Source: Synergistales bacterium
GTDB lineage: Bacteria > Synergistota > Synergistia > Synergistales > JAFGMB01
Direction: 5' to 3'
Assembly: GCA_963666205.1 (NCBI GenBank)
Contig: OY762654.1
Span: 1,248,001-1,312,000 of the forward strand
Length of the DNA: 64,000 nucleotides
The notes under the pieces were generated by a model. The model was not told where the DNA came from. It ran no database searches and was given only the letters and a program-made list of their open reading frames with translations. A program made the translations under genes and the position numbers. Shown here piece by piece: positions 39,227 through 48,684 of this stretch (its first letter is position 1; each line of letters opens with the position of its first letter).

Positions 39227-40222
39227 TCAGGCAGTAAAATCGAAGGAACCGCCAAGTCCCTGTTCTTCTGCCTTCTGCAATGCCACAGCTGATACTGCTA
39301 TATCCACAGCTCCGGTACCAATGGGAATACAGAGGATCCGTTCCTGGTCTGAAAGCTGGATAGTCTTCTTTCCTGCTGCCAGTTCTCCAAGGGTGGCATA
39401 AATATCCTTTTCGGTGACTCTGCCATGCTCTCCCAGTTCTTTAAGAGCGCCCCGGTGAAGGCACTGGCCGATATGGTCCACAACTATTTTGTCTGCAGAG
39501 AGGAGTGCTTCCTCCTGGCATTCCTGGTAGGAACCCATGGGGAACAGAATAGAACCAGGTCTGAACCATTCTTTCTTAAAAAACTTGTCCTTGGCGTGGG
39601 TAACGGTTATGACCACATCGGAATTCGCAGGTTCCTGGGGCTCTTTTGCGATGATTATGTCTCCCAATACGAATTCTTTCATTTCTTCGGCAAATTTCTC
39701 GGCTGCTTCAGGGGAAAGATCATAAACCTTAAGGGCTTCGATATCGAAGAGTTCGGAAATGGCCCGAGTCTGGGTCCGCCCCTGGACTCCCGCACCGTAA
39801 AGCCCTACTGACAGTGACTTTTTCCCAGCACATAGATATTTGAGGGCCACTGCTGTCTGTGCACCCGTCCGCAGATTGGTGATGAGGGTCCCGTCCAGAA
39901 CTCCTGTGAACATGCCGTTCTGGGGATTGACCATCATGATCATGGCACTTACATAGGGAAGGCCTTTCTCCGGGTTCTTCAGCCACCCCCCTGCCCATTT
40001 TATTCCTGCAGCATCGACCCAGCCGACGTAGGCCGGCATGGAGTTTATATCCGCAGAATAGGGAGGATAGGGATTACTTTCACCAAGATCAAGGGTACCC
40101 TTGGTCGGATTGATGACAGTTCCTTCTCCCATTCCCTGATAAGTCTTGTCCAGAATGTCGATAATATCTTTCATGGATAGAACTTTTTCAATATCCGATG
40201 TACTCAAAAGCCTGGTCTGCAT
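39227..40222 (-). CDS. Ornithine cyclodeaminase/mu-crystallin family protein
   Basis: MPAY, GIKW, N...GLP, T.LRTGA, GAGVQ and G....D motifs. Confidence 0.92.
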   Translation of the reverse strand: MQTRLLSTSDIEKVLSMKDIIDILDKTYQGMGEGTVINPTKGTLDLGESNPYPPYSADINSMPAYVGWVDAAGIKWAGGWLKNPEKGLPYVSAMIMMVNPQNGMFTGVLDGTLITNLRTGAQTAVALKYLCAGKKSLSVGLYGAGVQGRTQTRAISELFDIEALKVYDLSPEAAEKFAEEMKEFVLGDIIIAKEPQEPANSDVVITVTHAKDKFFKKEWFRPGSILFPMGSYQECQEEALLSADKIVVDHIGQCLHRGALKELGEHGRVTEKDIYATLGELAAGKKTIQLSDQERILCIPIGTGAVDIAVSAVALQKAEEQGLGGSFDFTA

Positions 40223-40295
40223 TAATACCACTTCCTTCATAACTTAAAGTAAAAATAAAGCCTTAATTTTTCCTATCCCTTGTTAAAAACGAAAA

Positions 40296-40325
40296 AATGG
40301 GGATAACAGACGATATCCCCATTTT
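40296..40325 (-). terminator. Hairpin after the SBP gene
   Basis: AAATGGGGATA...TATCCCCATTT. Confidence 0.65.
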
Positions 40326-40361
40326 AATATGTATTGTGAAATTGATCGGTAAATTATTTTT

Positions 40362-41129
40362 CTAGTCTATCTGATATTTTACTTTAAGTTCATGGAGCTC
40401 GCCGCTTTTTTCCATCTCTGCAAGAGCTTCGTTAACAGCATTTAGGAAAGCTTCATCCTCCTTTGGTAACCCAAGGGCTATGCCTTCACCAGGTTTATTG
40501 ATAAAATTCCTGAAACCTATTTTGAGCTTCCCCTTAAAGGCTTCGCTTTCACGAAGAAATGAGTTTGCAACGGTCAGATTCAAAACGGTGAAATCACCAC
40601 GTCCAAGGAGAACTTCCCTGAGGGCATCATCATTTTTCTGAAAACGTTTGACCTCTTTAGCAGTTCCCAGTTTGGTAACAAAGGTATCCTGGGCCGTTCC
40701 TATCTGGACAGTAGCGATCTTGCCATCAAGATCTTCGAGACCTTTGATGCTGTCATCATCAGCTCGGACCACGAAGGCATTTTCGATATCGTAATAAACG
40801 TTTGAGAAATTGACCTTTTTCTTACGCTCAGCAGTATTGGTCATTCCGGCAGCCACCATATCGATCTTTCCGGTCATGAGGGCAGGGATGAGACCATCAA
40901 AAGCCATATCAACGATCTCGACCTTCTTGCCGATCTTCTCTCCGATAAGGGTGGCTATATCGATGTCGTAACCTACGACCTGGTTTTCCTTATTGCGATA
41001 TTCAAAGGGAGGATAGGTAGCTTCCGTCCCAACCCTGATAACATCTTTATCCATAACTGACCCCGCAAAAGCGGCTCCTGCTCCGATGAACACAAGAGAA
41101 ACCACAAGAAACGCAAAAAACTTTTTCAT
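40362..41129 (-). CDS. Polar/basic amino acid ABC substrate-binding protein (orphan in window)
   Basis: VGTEATYPPFE, GYDIDI, FDGLIPAL..GKID and T.ERKK.V.FS..YY motifs, with a signal peptide. Confidence 0.93.
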   Translation of the reverse strand: MKKFFAFLVVSLVFIGAGAAFAGSVMDKDVIRVGTEATYPPFEYRNKENQVVGYDIDIATLIGEKIGKKVEIVDMAFDGLIPALMTGKIDMVAAGMTNTAERKKKVNFSNVYYDIENAFVVRADDDSIKGLEDLDGKIATVQIGTAQDTFVTKLGTAKEVKRFQKNDDALREVLLGRGDFTVLNLTVANSFLRESEAFKGKLKIGFRNFINKPGEGIALGLPKEDEAFLNAVNEALAEMEKSGELHELKVKYQID

Positions 41130-41280
41130 TCTTCTCTCCTCCTCAAAATTGTAGGTTGATAAAATATTCCAGAAGTACCATACTTGGTAAAAGTGAATTA
41201 TAACCCTGTTCAATAACAGTGTCTATAAAGAACTCAGGTTTATATAGAATATCAAACACATTTCACAGGAGGAAACAGAT

Positions 41281-42375
41281 TTGAAAAGAATTACTGTTCT
41301 CGGAGCCGGCAACGGCGGCCAGACCATGGCAGGATACCTGGCAGCAAAGGGTAACCAGGTAACACTTTTTGAACATCCGAATTTTGAGGATAAACTTTTA
41401 AAGATAAGGGAAAAGGGAGAAATAACCCTCCAGGGATCCTTGAACTGCTCTGGAAAACTGGAAGCGGCAACATCAGATCCCAGGGAAGCAGTCAATGGCA
41501 CAGATATAATTTACCTTGTGGCCCCCACCTTTGCGCAAAAACCTCTTCTGGAACTTGTCGTCCCTTTCCTGAAAGACGGACAGATCATAGTGTTACTCCC
41601 AGGCAATTTCGGGAGCCTCTCTTTAAAAAAACTGCTGAGAGAAAAAGAAATCAACATTTCCCTCGGTATAGCTGAAGCTGATACGATCCCCTTTGCCTGC
41701 AGGCAGATAGAGCCAGGGTTGATAGATGTCTGGGGAATGAAAAAGACCATGTCCCTTGCATCTTTACCAGGAAAGGATATTGAAGGGATCATCAGTGAGA
41801 TCCAGGACTACTTCCCGTTACCCCTGGAACCAGCCCCCAACGTAATAGCCATAGGTCTTTACAATACAAATATGATCCTCCACTGCCCCACCATGATAAT
41901 GAATGCAGGCCGGATAGAATCAGACCTGGATGGCTTTCAGTTCTACAAGGACGGCATGTCAGATTCTGTCTGCAAGGTAATGGAAGCCATGGATGAAGAA
42001 AGAATGAATGTAGGTAAGGCCCTGGGTATTGAGCTTCTTTCGACAATGGATGACATGCAGAAGATCTATCAGCTGAAGGGAGAGACCCTGAGGGAGACCA
42101 TCCTCAATAACCCTGTCTACTGCGGACATGGCAAAGATTCTCCTTCTTCCATAAATCATAGATACCTTAACGAGGATGTCCCTTACCTTCTTGTGCCCGT
42201 TTCAGGTTTCGGCAGACTGTTGAACATCCCTACGCCTGTTATAGACAGCATTATTCTCCTGGCAGGCATCGTGAACGGGAAAGACTATTTCGAAACCGGG
42301 GTAAATCTTGAGAAACTTGGACTCAAGGAACTTCCGAAAGAAGAAATAATAAAAATGGTTCACCAGGGTAAGTGA
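41281..42375 (+). CDS. NAD(P)-dependent opine/octopine dehydrogenase family protein 1
   Basis: GAGNGG, PG.FG, E.DT.P.ACR, N.N...H, FY..G, D.ER and RY..EDVPY motifs. TTG start after AGGAGG. Confidence 0.92.
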   Translation: MKRITVLGAGNGGQTMAGYLAAKGNQVTLFEHPNFEDKLLKIREKGEITLQGSLNCSGKLEAATSDPREAVNGTDIIYLVAPTFAQKPLLELVVPFLKDGQIIVLLPGNFGSLSLKKLLREKEINISLGIAEADTIPFACRQIEPGLIDVWGMKKTMSLASLPGKDIEGIISEIQDYFPLPLEPAPNVIAIGLYNTNMILHCPTMIMNAGRIESDLDGFQFYKDGMSDSVCKVMEAMDEERMNVGKALGIELLSTMDDMQKIYQLKGETLRETILNNPVYCGHGKDSPSSINHRYLNEDVPYLLVPVSGFGRLLNIPTPVIDSIILLAGIVNGKDYFETGVNLEKLGLKELPKEEIIKMVHQGK

Positions 42376-42395
42376 TCTTTCCTCCCCTTCAGAAA

Positions 42396-42434
42396 AAAAC
42401 AAGGGGCTATCCTCAAAGGTTAGCCCCTTGTTTT
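42396..42434. terminator. Bidirectional terminator
   Basis: AAAACAAGGGGCTA...TAGCCCCTTGTTTT between convergent genes. Confidence 0.8.
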
Positions 42435-42504
42435 ATAAACCTGGTTTTACTGATAAGAAATGGACGGGATTTCACAGACAGACTCAACTCCCGTCCTTCC
42501 TGGA

Positions 42505-43509
42505 TCATCCGGCACAAAGAACAGGTCTGGTCTCTGCCTTTTCCGGAATTTCAAAGGAAGCAATATCTTCTCCTGAGTTAACCTGTGATACAGATGTCCA
42601 TATTTCATCGGTATCTTCAAAACCTTCAGGTTCCACATGAACACTTGTAAAAACGTGTCCTTTATGAATTTTTTTCAGCCTTTTTTCGATCAGGGTGGCA
42701 ATATTATGAGCCTCCACCAGGTTCATATCAGGGGAAAGAATGACCTTAAGATCTACAGCGAGATCTCCCCCTATTCTCCTTGTCCGGAGAGAGTTAAGGC
42801 CTTTGACCTCTGGAAGGCTGTTGATATCTTCCATTATAAATCTCTGAAGTTCCTGGCCTGCTGAAGATTCCATAAGTTCATTCAGGCTTCCAAGGGTAAT
42901 TGGTATGGATACTTTAATTATTATGAGACCTACCACCACAGCCGCAAAAGGATCGAGGATGATCCACCTCGGACCCAGAAAAATAGCTCCGCCTATCCCC
43001 AGAAGGGTCCCTACTGAAGAAAGAGCATCTGAGCGGTGATCCCATGCCTTAGCCACAAGGGCCTCGCTCTCCAGTTTCTTTGCCCGCTTTATGGTATATC
43101 TATACAGCAACTCCTTTGAGATCACAGATATGACGGCAGCCCACAGTGCGAGGATCCCGGGTCTCGACAGGGGTTCTCCTCCCAGAAAATCCACCAGCCT
43201 GTGAAGCCCTGACCAGACAATTCCGAATCCCACTACGGCAAGGGAGATCCCTATGATAAGAGAAGCTATTGTTTCCGCCTTACCGTGTCCATAGTTGTGA
43301 CTTAGATCAACCGGTTTTTTTACAACCCTGAAACTTATGACAGCCACTATATCCGTTGCAAAATCTGAAAGTGAATGTACTGCATCTGCAACCATGGCGG
43401 CACTGTTGCCAAGTATACCCGCACAAAACTTGAAAAGGGTCAGGATCACATTAACCCACAGTCCTGCCCAGGACACTTTAAGAGCCTCTTCATTTCTATG
43501 ATTTTTCAT
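42505..43509 (-). CDS. Cation diffusion facilitator (FieF-like)
   Basis: S.AM.ADA.HSLSD, H.YGHGK.E, HRSD and VHVEP motifs. Confidence 0.93.
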   Translation of the reverse strand: MKNHRNEEALKVSWAGLWVNVILTLFKFCAGILGNSAAMVADAVHSLSDFATDIVAVISFRVVKKPVDLSHNYGHGKAETIASLIIGISLAVVGFGIVWSGLHRLVDFLGGEPLSRPGILALWAAVISVISKELLYRYTIKRAKKLESEALVAKAWDHRSDALSSVGTLLGIGGAIFLGPRWIILDPFAAVVVGLIIIKVSIPITLGSLNELMESSAGQELQRFIMEDINSLPEVKGLNSLRTRRIGGDLAVDLKVILSPDMNLVEAHNIATLIEKRLKKIHKGHVFTSVHVEPEGFEDTDEIWTSVSQVNSGEDIASFEIPEKAETRPVLCAG

Positions 43510-43600
43510 TTTACCTGGATCCTTCCCTATGGTTCATTTTTTTGTTTCTTAATCTATGATCAAAACTGAACAGGAACCCTTTTCTCTGGAAACTGTATTT

Positions 43601-44308
43601 CTATAAGAAGCCCTGTTCCCTGAGCCTGGCTCCAACGATCCCTTTGTAATCCCTTTCAGAAGAAAGAGGAACCCAGGCCAGGCCATCCATCATTACCTGG
43701 AGAGCATCCGGAAAGAGATTCTTAAAGTCTATTCCCGGGAAAACATGCCTGTCATCTACATCTGAAAAAACCATATAGGCACCTATAGCCATCGACCAGC
43801 CAGCTGCAATGATATTTTCCTTCTGTTCCGGACAAGAGAGGACCAGTTCCCCATTTTCCAGAGCTTCATCCAGGAGTTTTTCTATAATGGAAATAAGTTC
43901 ATGATGAAGATCGTGAATGGTCTCCAGTTTTTCAGGAGATACTTTCTCCCTTAAAGAACCTATCCGCATAAGCTCATAGGTCCTTAAATGTCCCGGATTA
44001 AGGATCATGAAAGGCCCAAGAACAAGCCCTATGGCTGTCATTCTCTCCCTGGCAGTGCCGCCGATCCCTACAGCCTTGAGGATAATTTCCCGGATCTTCA
44101 TGAGTGTTTCTATCATCAGCCGGCCCACAAGATCTTCCTTGCAGCAGAAATGCTTGTAAATGGTTCCCTTGGAATACTCTATTTCCTCTGCTATCCGTTC
44201 CATATTAAGACCAAGATACCCCTTTTCCAGAAGCATATTTCTTCCGGCCTCAAGGATCAACTCTTCTCTTTTTTCAAACTCTCTCTGTTTCCTGCTATAG
44301 GTTCCCAT
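43601..44308 (-). CDS. TetR/AcrR family regulator
   Basis: N-terminal HTH: GY....M..IA.....SKGTIY.HF..KEDL. Confidence 0.92.
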   Translation of the reverse strand: MGTYSRKQREFEKREELILEAGRNMLLEKGYLGLNMERIAEEIEYSKGTIYKHFCCKEDLVGRLMIETLMKIREIILKAVGIGGTARERMTAIGLVLGPFMILNPGHLRTYELMRIGSLREKVSPEKLETIHDLHHELISIIEKLLDEALENGELVLSCPEQKENIIAAGWSMAIGAYMVFSDVDDRHVFPGIDFKNLFPDALQVMMDGLAWVPLSSERDYKGIVGARLREQGFL

Positions 44309-44316
44309 AACAAAGA

Positions 44317-44346
44317 AGTATATGACGTAACGTCATTTTATGTCAA
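44317..44346 (-). promoter_or_regulatory. Sigma70 promoter with palindromic operator in the spacer
   Basis: TTGACA-18-TATACT, with ATGACGT-N-ACGTCAT at 44322-44336. The -10 is only 8 nt before the ATG. Confidence 0.75.
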
Positions 44347-44383
44347 TTAGTTAGATTACCTTCAGGGAGACCTTTCTCCTCAG

Positions 44384-44415
44384 AAAAAAAGACCTGTCCC
44401 GGAAGGACAGGTCTC
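44384..44415 (-). terminator. Intrinsic terminator
   Basis: AGACCTGTCC...GGACAGGTCT stem plus T7 on the minus strand. Confidence 0.8.
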
Positions 44416-44456
44416 AGGCTGAAAGCAAATGTTTTCAGGAACTTTTCCATTTTATA

Positions 44457-44651
44457 TCAGTCGTAATATAACCTTTCGGACGGCACCTCAGTGGGATCAT
44501 GAAAAAAATGTCCGAGGCCTGCATCGACCATTTCCTGGTAGGAAGGGATCCCCCTGACAACTATAGCCCTGGAAGGTTCCATCTGAGAGAAGACCTCCAG
44601 TTCCTTGATAAAAGTGGTCATATGACGGGCAACACGAACTTTCATGGGCAT
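44457..44651 (-). CDS. Possible small protein (64 aa)
   Basis: Fills the gap between the DUF89 gene and the terminator in the same orientation. No clear RBS. Confidence 0.4.
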   Translation of the reverse strand: MPMKVRVARHMTTFIKELEVFSQMEPSRAIVVRGIPSYQEMVDAGLGHFFHDPTEVPSERLYYD

Positions 44652-44690
44652 AACAGAATGAAGTTACCGTTAGACTTCAGCCTTAAAACC

Positions 44691-45575
44691 TTACAGAAGA
44701 CTTCCCCGTCCCTGCTGAAATACAATAGAATTCAGGGGAAAACCCAGTCTTTTTGAAAGGTTCCCGCACTTGACAATAAAAAGGTAAAAAAGGCGTTCAT
44801 CCCCAAAGGGTGAACTTTCGAAATTACCTACACCCTTGCAGAGAACAACAGGGCTCTCATGGTAGATCCTGGAAAAATCGGAGGGACAGTTTCCAGGATC
44901 AAAACCGGCAATTCCGCTTCCTGAAGAAAGGACTTTACAGAGTCTGTCCAACCCGACATATACAGCATCTTCAATGGTTGCATCGTTCAATATGGGTCTG
45001 CCTCTCACTGCACAGGTAATTGAAATATCAGGAAAACGTTTCTTAAGTTCCCTGACGAGGATCTTGTCCAGTACTATCTCTCCGCAGTTATCACAAAGGA
45101 TCAGAAGGGAACGGTATTTGTCGACAAGTCCAAGAAAACTCGCATATGTATTCTCTGGAAGAATGGTGTTTTTCATATGTTCGGCAAGGACAGAGAGAAC
45201 CCTCTCACTGGAAACATTATGAAAGGCACCGAAATCAATGAGATTAGCTGAACCGGCGAGAACAAGAGCAGAATGAAGGGGATCATCTTCATTTCTTACC
45301 AGATCGCCATAACTTTCCTCAAGATCCAGCATAAGGGTATTGAATTCCTCCTTAACATCATGAAAAGGATCTTCCACTCCTGACATTTCTCTCAATACCG
45401 AATAAGCTATTTCTGTGAGGATGGGGGCCGATGAATCTGTCCTTAACTCCGGACTGAATCGTTCCATTACTTTCTTCAGCAATATCATCTGTGCTTCAGG
45501 ATCAGGAAGAACCCTTTCTGCAACATGGAGAAGGTTGTTAATTACACAGGTTATACAGTCTGGATAAAGCTCCAT
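44691..45575 (-). CDS. DUF89/ARMT1-like damage-control phosphatase
   Basis: CxxC, DP....K, N.IDFG, DNCGE...D, P.LNDAT..DA and KG.GNFE motifs. Confidence 0.9.
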   Translation of the reverse strand: MELYPDCITCVINNLLHVAERVLPDPEAQMILLKKVMERFSPELRTDSSAPILTEIAYSVLREMSGVEDPFHDVKEEFNTLMLDLEESYGDLVRNEDDPLHSALVLAGSANLIDFGAFHNVSSERVLSVLAEHMKNTILPENTYASFLGLVDKYRSLLILCDNCGEIVLDKILVRELKKRFPDISITCAVRGRPILNDATIEDAVYVGLDRLCKVLSSGSGIAGFDPGNCPSDFSRIYHESPVVLCKGVGNFESSPFGDERLFYLFIVKCGNLSKRLGFPLNSIVFQQGRGSLL

Positions 45576-45695
45576 GGATATACAAACCCCTTTTTTCAGG
45601 TATTCTTTAAACATCATTGGACAGGTTGAACTATAACATAAGAGAAAGATCATTTAAAAAGGCGATCCTGCCAGGGACCGCCTTTGATTATTCTT

Positions 45696-46835
45696 TTATA
45701 TATCCTTTACAGAAACATAGTCTGGTATGGATGAAGGCAGATCTATATTACTGCCTGTTGCATCATCAAGTATCTGAACTGCCCGGGCCTTGAAAATGAA
45801 GACTGCCTCCGCCCCTTGATCAAGTTCAAGGGATTCATATGAACTTACAGTGACCACTGCATGAAGGACAAGCTTTCCACGCATACCTGTCAGCCATACA
45901 AGAGGTCCTCTTCTCTCCGTTTCCGTAATAATGACCCTCATCTGGTTCCTGGAAGATATGATCATCTCTTCTTTTGCCACCATGATATCCTCCGGCCGAA
46001 CCGAAAAGATAACCTCCGAATCCTTCTGCAGTTCCGTTCCGGCAGAATAAAAACATTCACCATGGGTTCGTATCACCGAATTGCACAAGTCATCACATTC
46101 TGCTACCAATCCACTCAGAACATTTCTCGCACCAACCAGTCCTGCTACATATCCCGGCCTGGGGCAGCTGAAAACCTGTTCTGGTGTTCCCTGCTGAAGA
46201 AGTTCTCCTTCATGGATCACAGCAACCTGGTCAGCCAGGGCCCAAACGTCTTCGCTATCATGGGTAACGTGAAGGACTGTAATACCCAACTCCTGAACTG
46301 TTGACCTGACAAGTTTCCTCATTCTTTCCCGGGACGACAGGTCCAGAGCACTGAAAGCTTCATCCATCAGAAGTATTTCAGGCTTTGTGATAAGAGCCCT
46401 GGCAAGGGCTGTTCTCTGCTGCTCTCCTCCGGAAAGAGTTGAAATATCACGATGAAGCAGATCCTGAATATGAAGCTGGGTTGATATCTTTTTTACATTT
46501 TCTTCACATTCAAGGCTGGATATCCCTTTATCTTTAAGCCCGAAGGCAATATTGTGGAAAACATCCAGATGGGGGAAAAGCATGTAATCCTGGTAAACAA
46601 TACCCAGTTTCCGCCTCTCGGGAGGCCAGCTGGTAACGTCTTTTCCCCGAAGGAAAACCTTTCCCTTTCTGGGGTAGAATCCTCCCATGATCGTTTCCAG
46701 GAGAACACTTTTTCCTGCACCGGAAGCTCCGAGAAGACAGCAGTAAGATCCTTCAGGTACTTCGAATGATACATTTTTTAATGAAAATTCTCCGAGATCG
46801 ACAGAGAGTCCCTTTACTGAAAGAATATCCGTCAA
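45696..46835 (-). CDS. modC: Molybdate/tungstate ABC ATPase with C-terminal TOBE region
   Basis: GASGAGKS, LSGGEQQR and DEAFSALD motifs, with SSRN and FKA..V in the TOBE region. Confidence 0.85.
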   Translation of the reverse strand: MTDILSVKGLSVDLGEFSLKNVSFEVPEGSYCCLLGASGAGKSVLLETIMGGFYPRKGKVFLRGKDVTSWPPERRKLGIVYQDYMLFPHLDVFHNIAFGLKDKGISSLECEENVKKISTQLHIQDLLHRDISTLSGGEQQRTALARALITKPEILLMDEAFSALDLSSRERMRKLVRSTVQELGITVLHVTHDSEDVWALADQVAVIHEGELLQQGTPEQVFSCPRPGYVAGLVGARNVLSGLVAECDDLCNSVIRTHGECFYSAGTELQKDSEVIFSVRPEDIMVAKEEMIISSRNQMRVIITETERRGPLVWLTGMRGKLVLHAVVTVSSYESLELDQGAEAVFIFKARAVQILDDATGSNIDLPSSIPDYVSVKDI

Positions 46836-47617
46836 AGGACAACCTCCTTATTCAGCATCTCAAACACTATTATGGCAGCAAGGGAGATAGTGATGAGTAT
46901 GATACCGGAGGTCATTGCCATGGCCAGATTACCATAGGAAATGTTGAGATAGAGGGTTATGGGAAGGGTTTCAGTGTACATTCTTGTCCCTCCCGCAAGG
47001 ATGAGAACTGTTCCGAAACAGCCCATACATCTGGCAAAGGCAATTACCGCAGCAGCAAATATTCCACCCCTTGCCATAGGAACAGAAACCCTCAGAAAGG
47101 CTTTCATCTGACTGCATCCCAGGCTCCTTGCAACAAGCTCATACCTCGGACTTATGCCCCGGAAAGTACCATAGACGACCCTGATGGCATAGGGAGCGGC
47201 TGTAAAAACCTGGGCAATAACAATAGCCCATTTACTGAAAACCACATGGATACCCATTCCTTTAAGCCAGTCTCCAAGGGGACCATGTCCAAAAAGGAGA
47301 AGGAGACAGAGTCCAAGGACGAGTTCCGGGAAAGCCATGGGTAGATCCACAATGGTCCGTAGAAGATGATGTCCCGGGAAATGGAATCTGGCGAGCACAT
47401 AACCTATGGAAACGGCAAGGAACATAACGATCAGCACAGAAAGCAGACTTGACAGGAGAGAAAGCTTTACACTGTAGATCATTTCACTGGAAAGGGCGCT
47501 CTCGATTATTTCCTCCCCTTCCGGCATTAATACCAGTGATAAGATCGACCATATGAGCAGCCCCGAGAAGAGAACCGTAATTCCTCCCAGGGCTGCCCTG
47601 AAAATCCTGTTACCCAT
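46832..47617 (-). CDS. modB: Molybdate/tungstate ABC permease
   Basis: LAR..FPG, DLP..FP..V.G, ARSLG, FAR..G.FG and T.TLP..LY motifs. Confidence 0.88.
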   Translation of the reverse strand: MGNRIFRAALGGITVLFSGLLIWSILSLVLMPEGEEIIESALSSEMIYSVKLSLLSSLLSVLIVMFLAVSIGYVLARFHFPGHHLLRTIVDLPMAFPELVLGLCLLLLFGHGPLGDWLKGMGIHVVFSKWAIVIAQVFTAAPYAIRVVYGTFRGISPRYELVARSLGCSQMKAFLRVSVPMARGGIFAAAVIAFARCMGCFGTVLILAGGTRMYTETLPITLYLNISYGNLAMAMTSGIILITISLAAIIVFEMLNKEVVL

Positions 47618-47619
47618 TC

Positions 47620-48402
47620 CTATAAAGGCTTTTCAAGGGGGAATCCCCATTTGTTCCAGATCGTCTTACCTTCATCGGACGTGATGAACTGAATGAACCT
47701 CTCTGCCGTTTCAGGCCTCTGGCTGTAGGATACCACGGAAGCCGGGATGGTTTTGATTATATTCTTTGAAGGGTCTATATGAACGATATCCACCTTGCCC
47801 TTCGACTGGGCCCATGTGGACTGATCTTCCCATGCTATTGTACCGTCCACCTGGGAAGTGGCGGTATAAATGAGGAGCTGATTTGTGGTACTCGGACTGG
47901 TTACGACATTCTTCATTATCGATTCTTTGAGCCCGTTCTTTTCCAGGATCTTGATCCCCACCTGGCCTATGGCTGCAGCTTTTGGATCTGCCATTGCAAG
48001 TCTTACTCCATCCCTGGCCATGTCTTCCAGGCATGTAATGTTACCCGGATTTCCCTTTGGGGTCAGGATAACGGGAACGTGGTAGCAGATCGTGGCACTC
48101 CCTTTTTCAACTACCATTCCCTTGTTGAGGGCATCTTTGGTATACTTTTCAGCACCAGGGATATAAACGTCTCCGGCCTTCCTTGTGGCTATCATTCCGA
48201 AAAGCTCACCAGAACCTGCATAGATCATACGAACCTGACAGCTTTCCTTCTCCTGGAACATCACCTGAAGCTCGTCCATGGGTTTCATCAGACCCGCCCC
48301 GCAATATACAAGGAGGGGTTCCTCCTCCGCTACGGCCGCAAGGGTCCCTGCAAAACACACAGCTACAAGAATTAAAAGAATAAACAATGACACTTTTCGC
48401 AT
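47620..48402 (-). CDS. modA: Molybdate/tungstate-binding protein
   Basis: Y.GAGL, Y.GSG.L, GNP.NI..L.D and DP..AAIG motifs, with a signal peptide. Start at 48402 after GGAGGTG. Confidence 0.88.
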   Translation of the reverse strand: MRKVSLFILLILVAVCFAGTLAAVAEEEPLLVYCGAGLMKPMDELQVMFQEKESCQVRMIYAGSGELFGMIATRKAGDVYIPGAEKYTKDALNKGMVVEKGSATICYHVPVILTPKGNPGNITCLEDMARDGVRLAMADPKAAAIGQVGIKILEKNGLKESIMKNVVTSPSTTNQLLIYTATSQVDGTIAWEDQSTWAQSKGKVDIVHIDPSKNIIKTIPASVVSYSQRPETAERFIQFITSDEGKTIWNKWGFPLEKPL

Positions 48403-48418
48403 AAATACCTGCACCTCC

Positions 48419-48458
48419 AAAAAAGAATGGCCCTCTCCAGAGAAAAGGAAGAGAGCCA
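48419..48458 (-). terminator. Riboswitch expression-platform terminator
   Basis: UGGCUCUCUUCC...GGAGAGGGCCA followed by UUCUUUUUU, upstream of the modA RBS. Confidence 0.8.
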
Positions 48459-48478
48459 GGCATGGACAATGGCTATCC

Positions 48479-48575
48479 TTCTCCTTTCCAGACGTGGGAG
48501 GCAATTTCCATTTCGGAAATTACCCATTGGCCTTCTACCATAGGTAACCCCTTAGGCATAAAGGCTCGGAGAGAG
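48479..48575 (-). ncRNA. Moco-motif riboswitch, P3-less (Tuco-type) variant
   Basis: UCUCCGAG-GCC...CCUAAG...UAUGG...GGC-CAAU-GGGUAAUUUCC GAAA UGGAAAUUGCCU-CCC...UGGAAAGGAGA, upstream of modABC. Confidence 0.88.
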
Positions 48576-48684
48576 TTGATATTCATAGATAATAATCATT
48601 ATCAATATATAACACAAGGGTACATGGAATCAATTCGCAAAGAAAGATCGTGGGGAATCTTATCCGGGGAGAATAACTGGAGAT

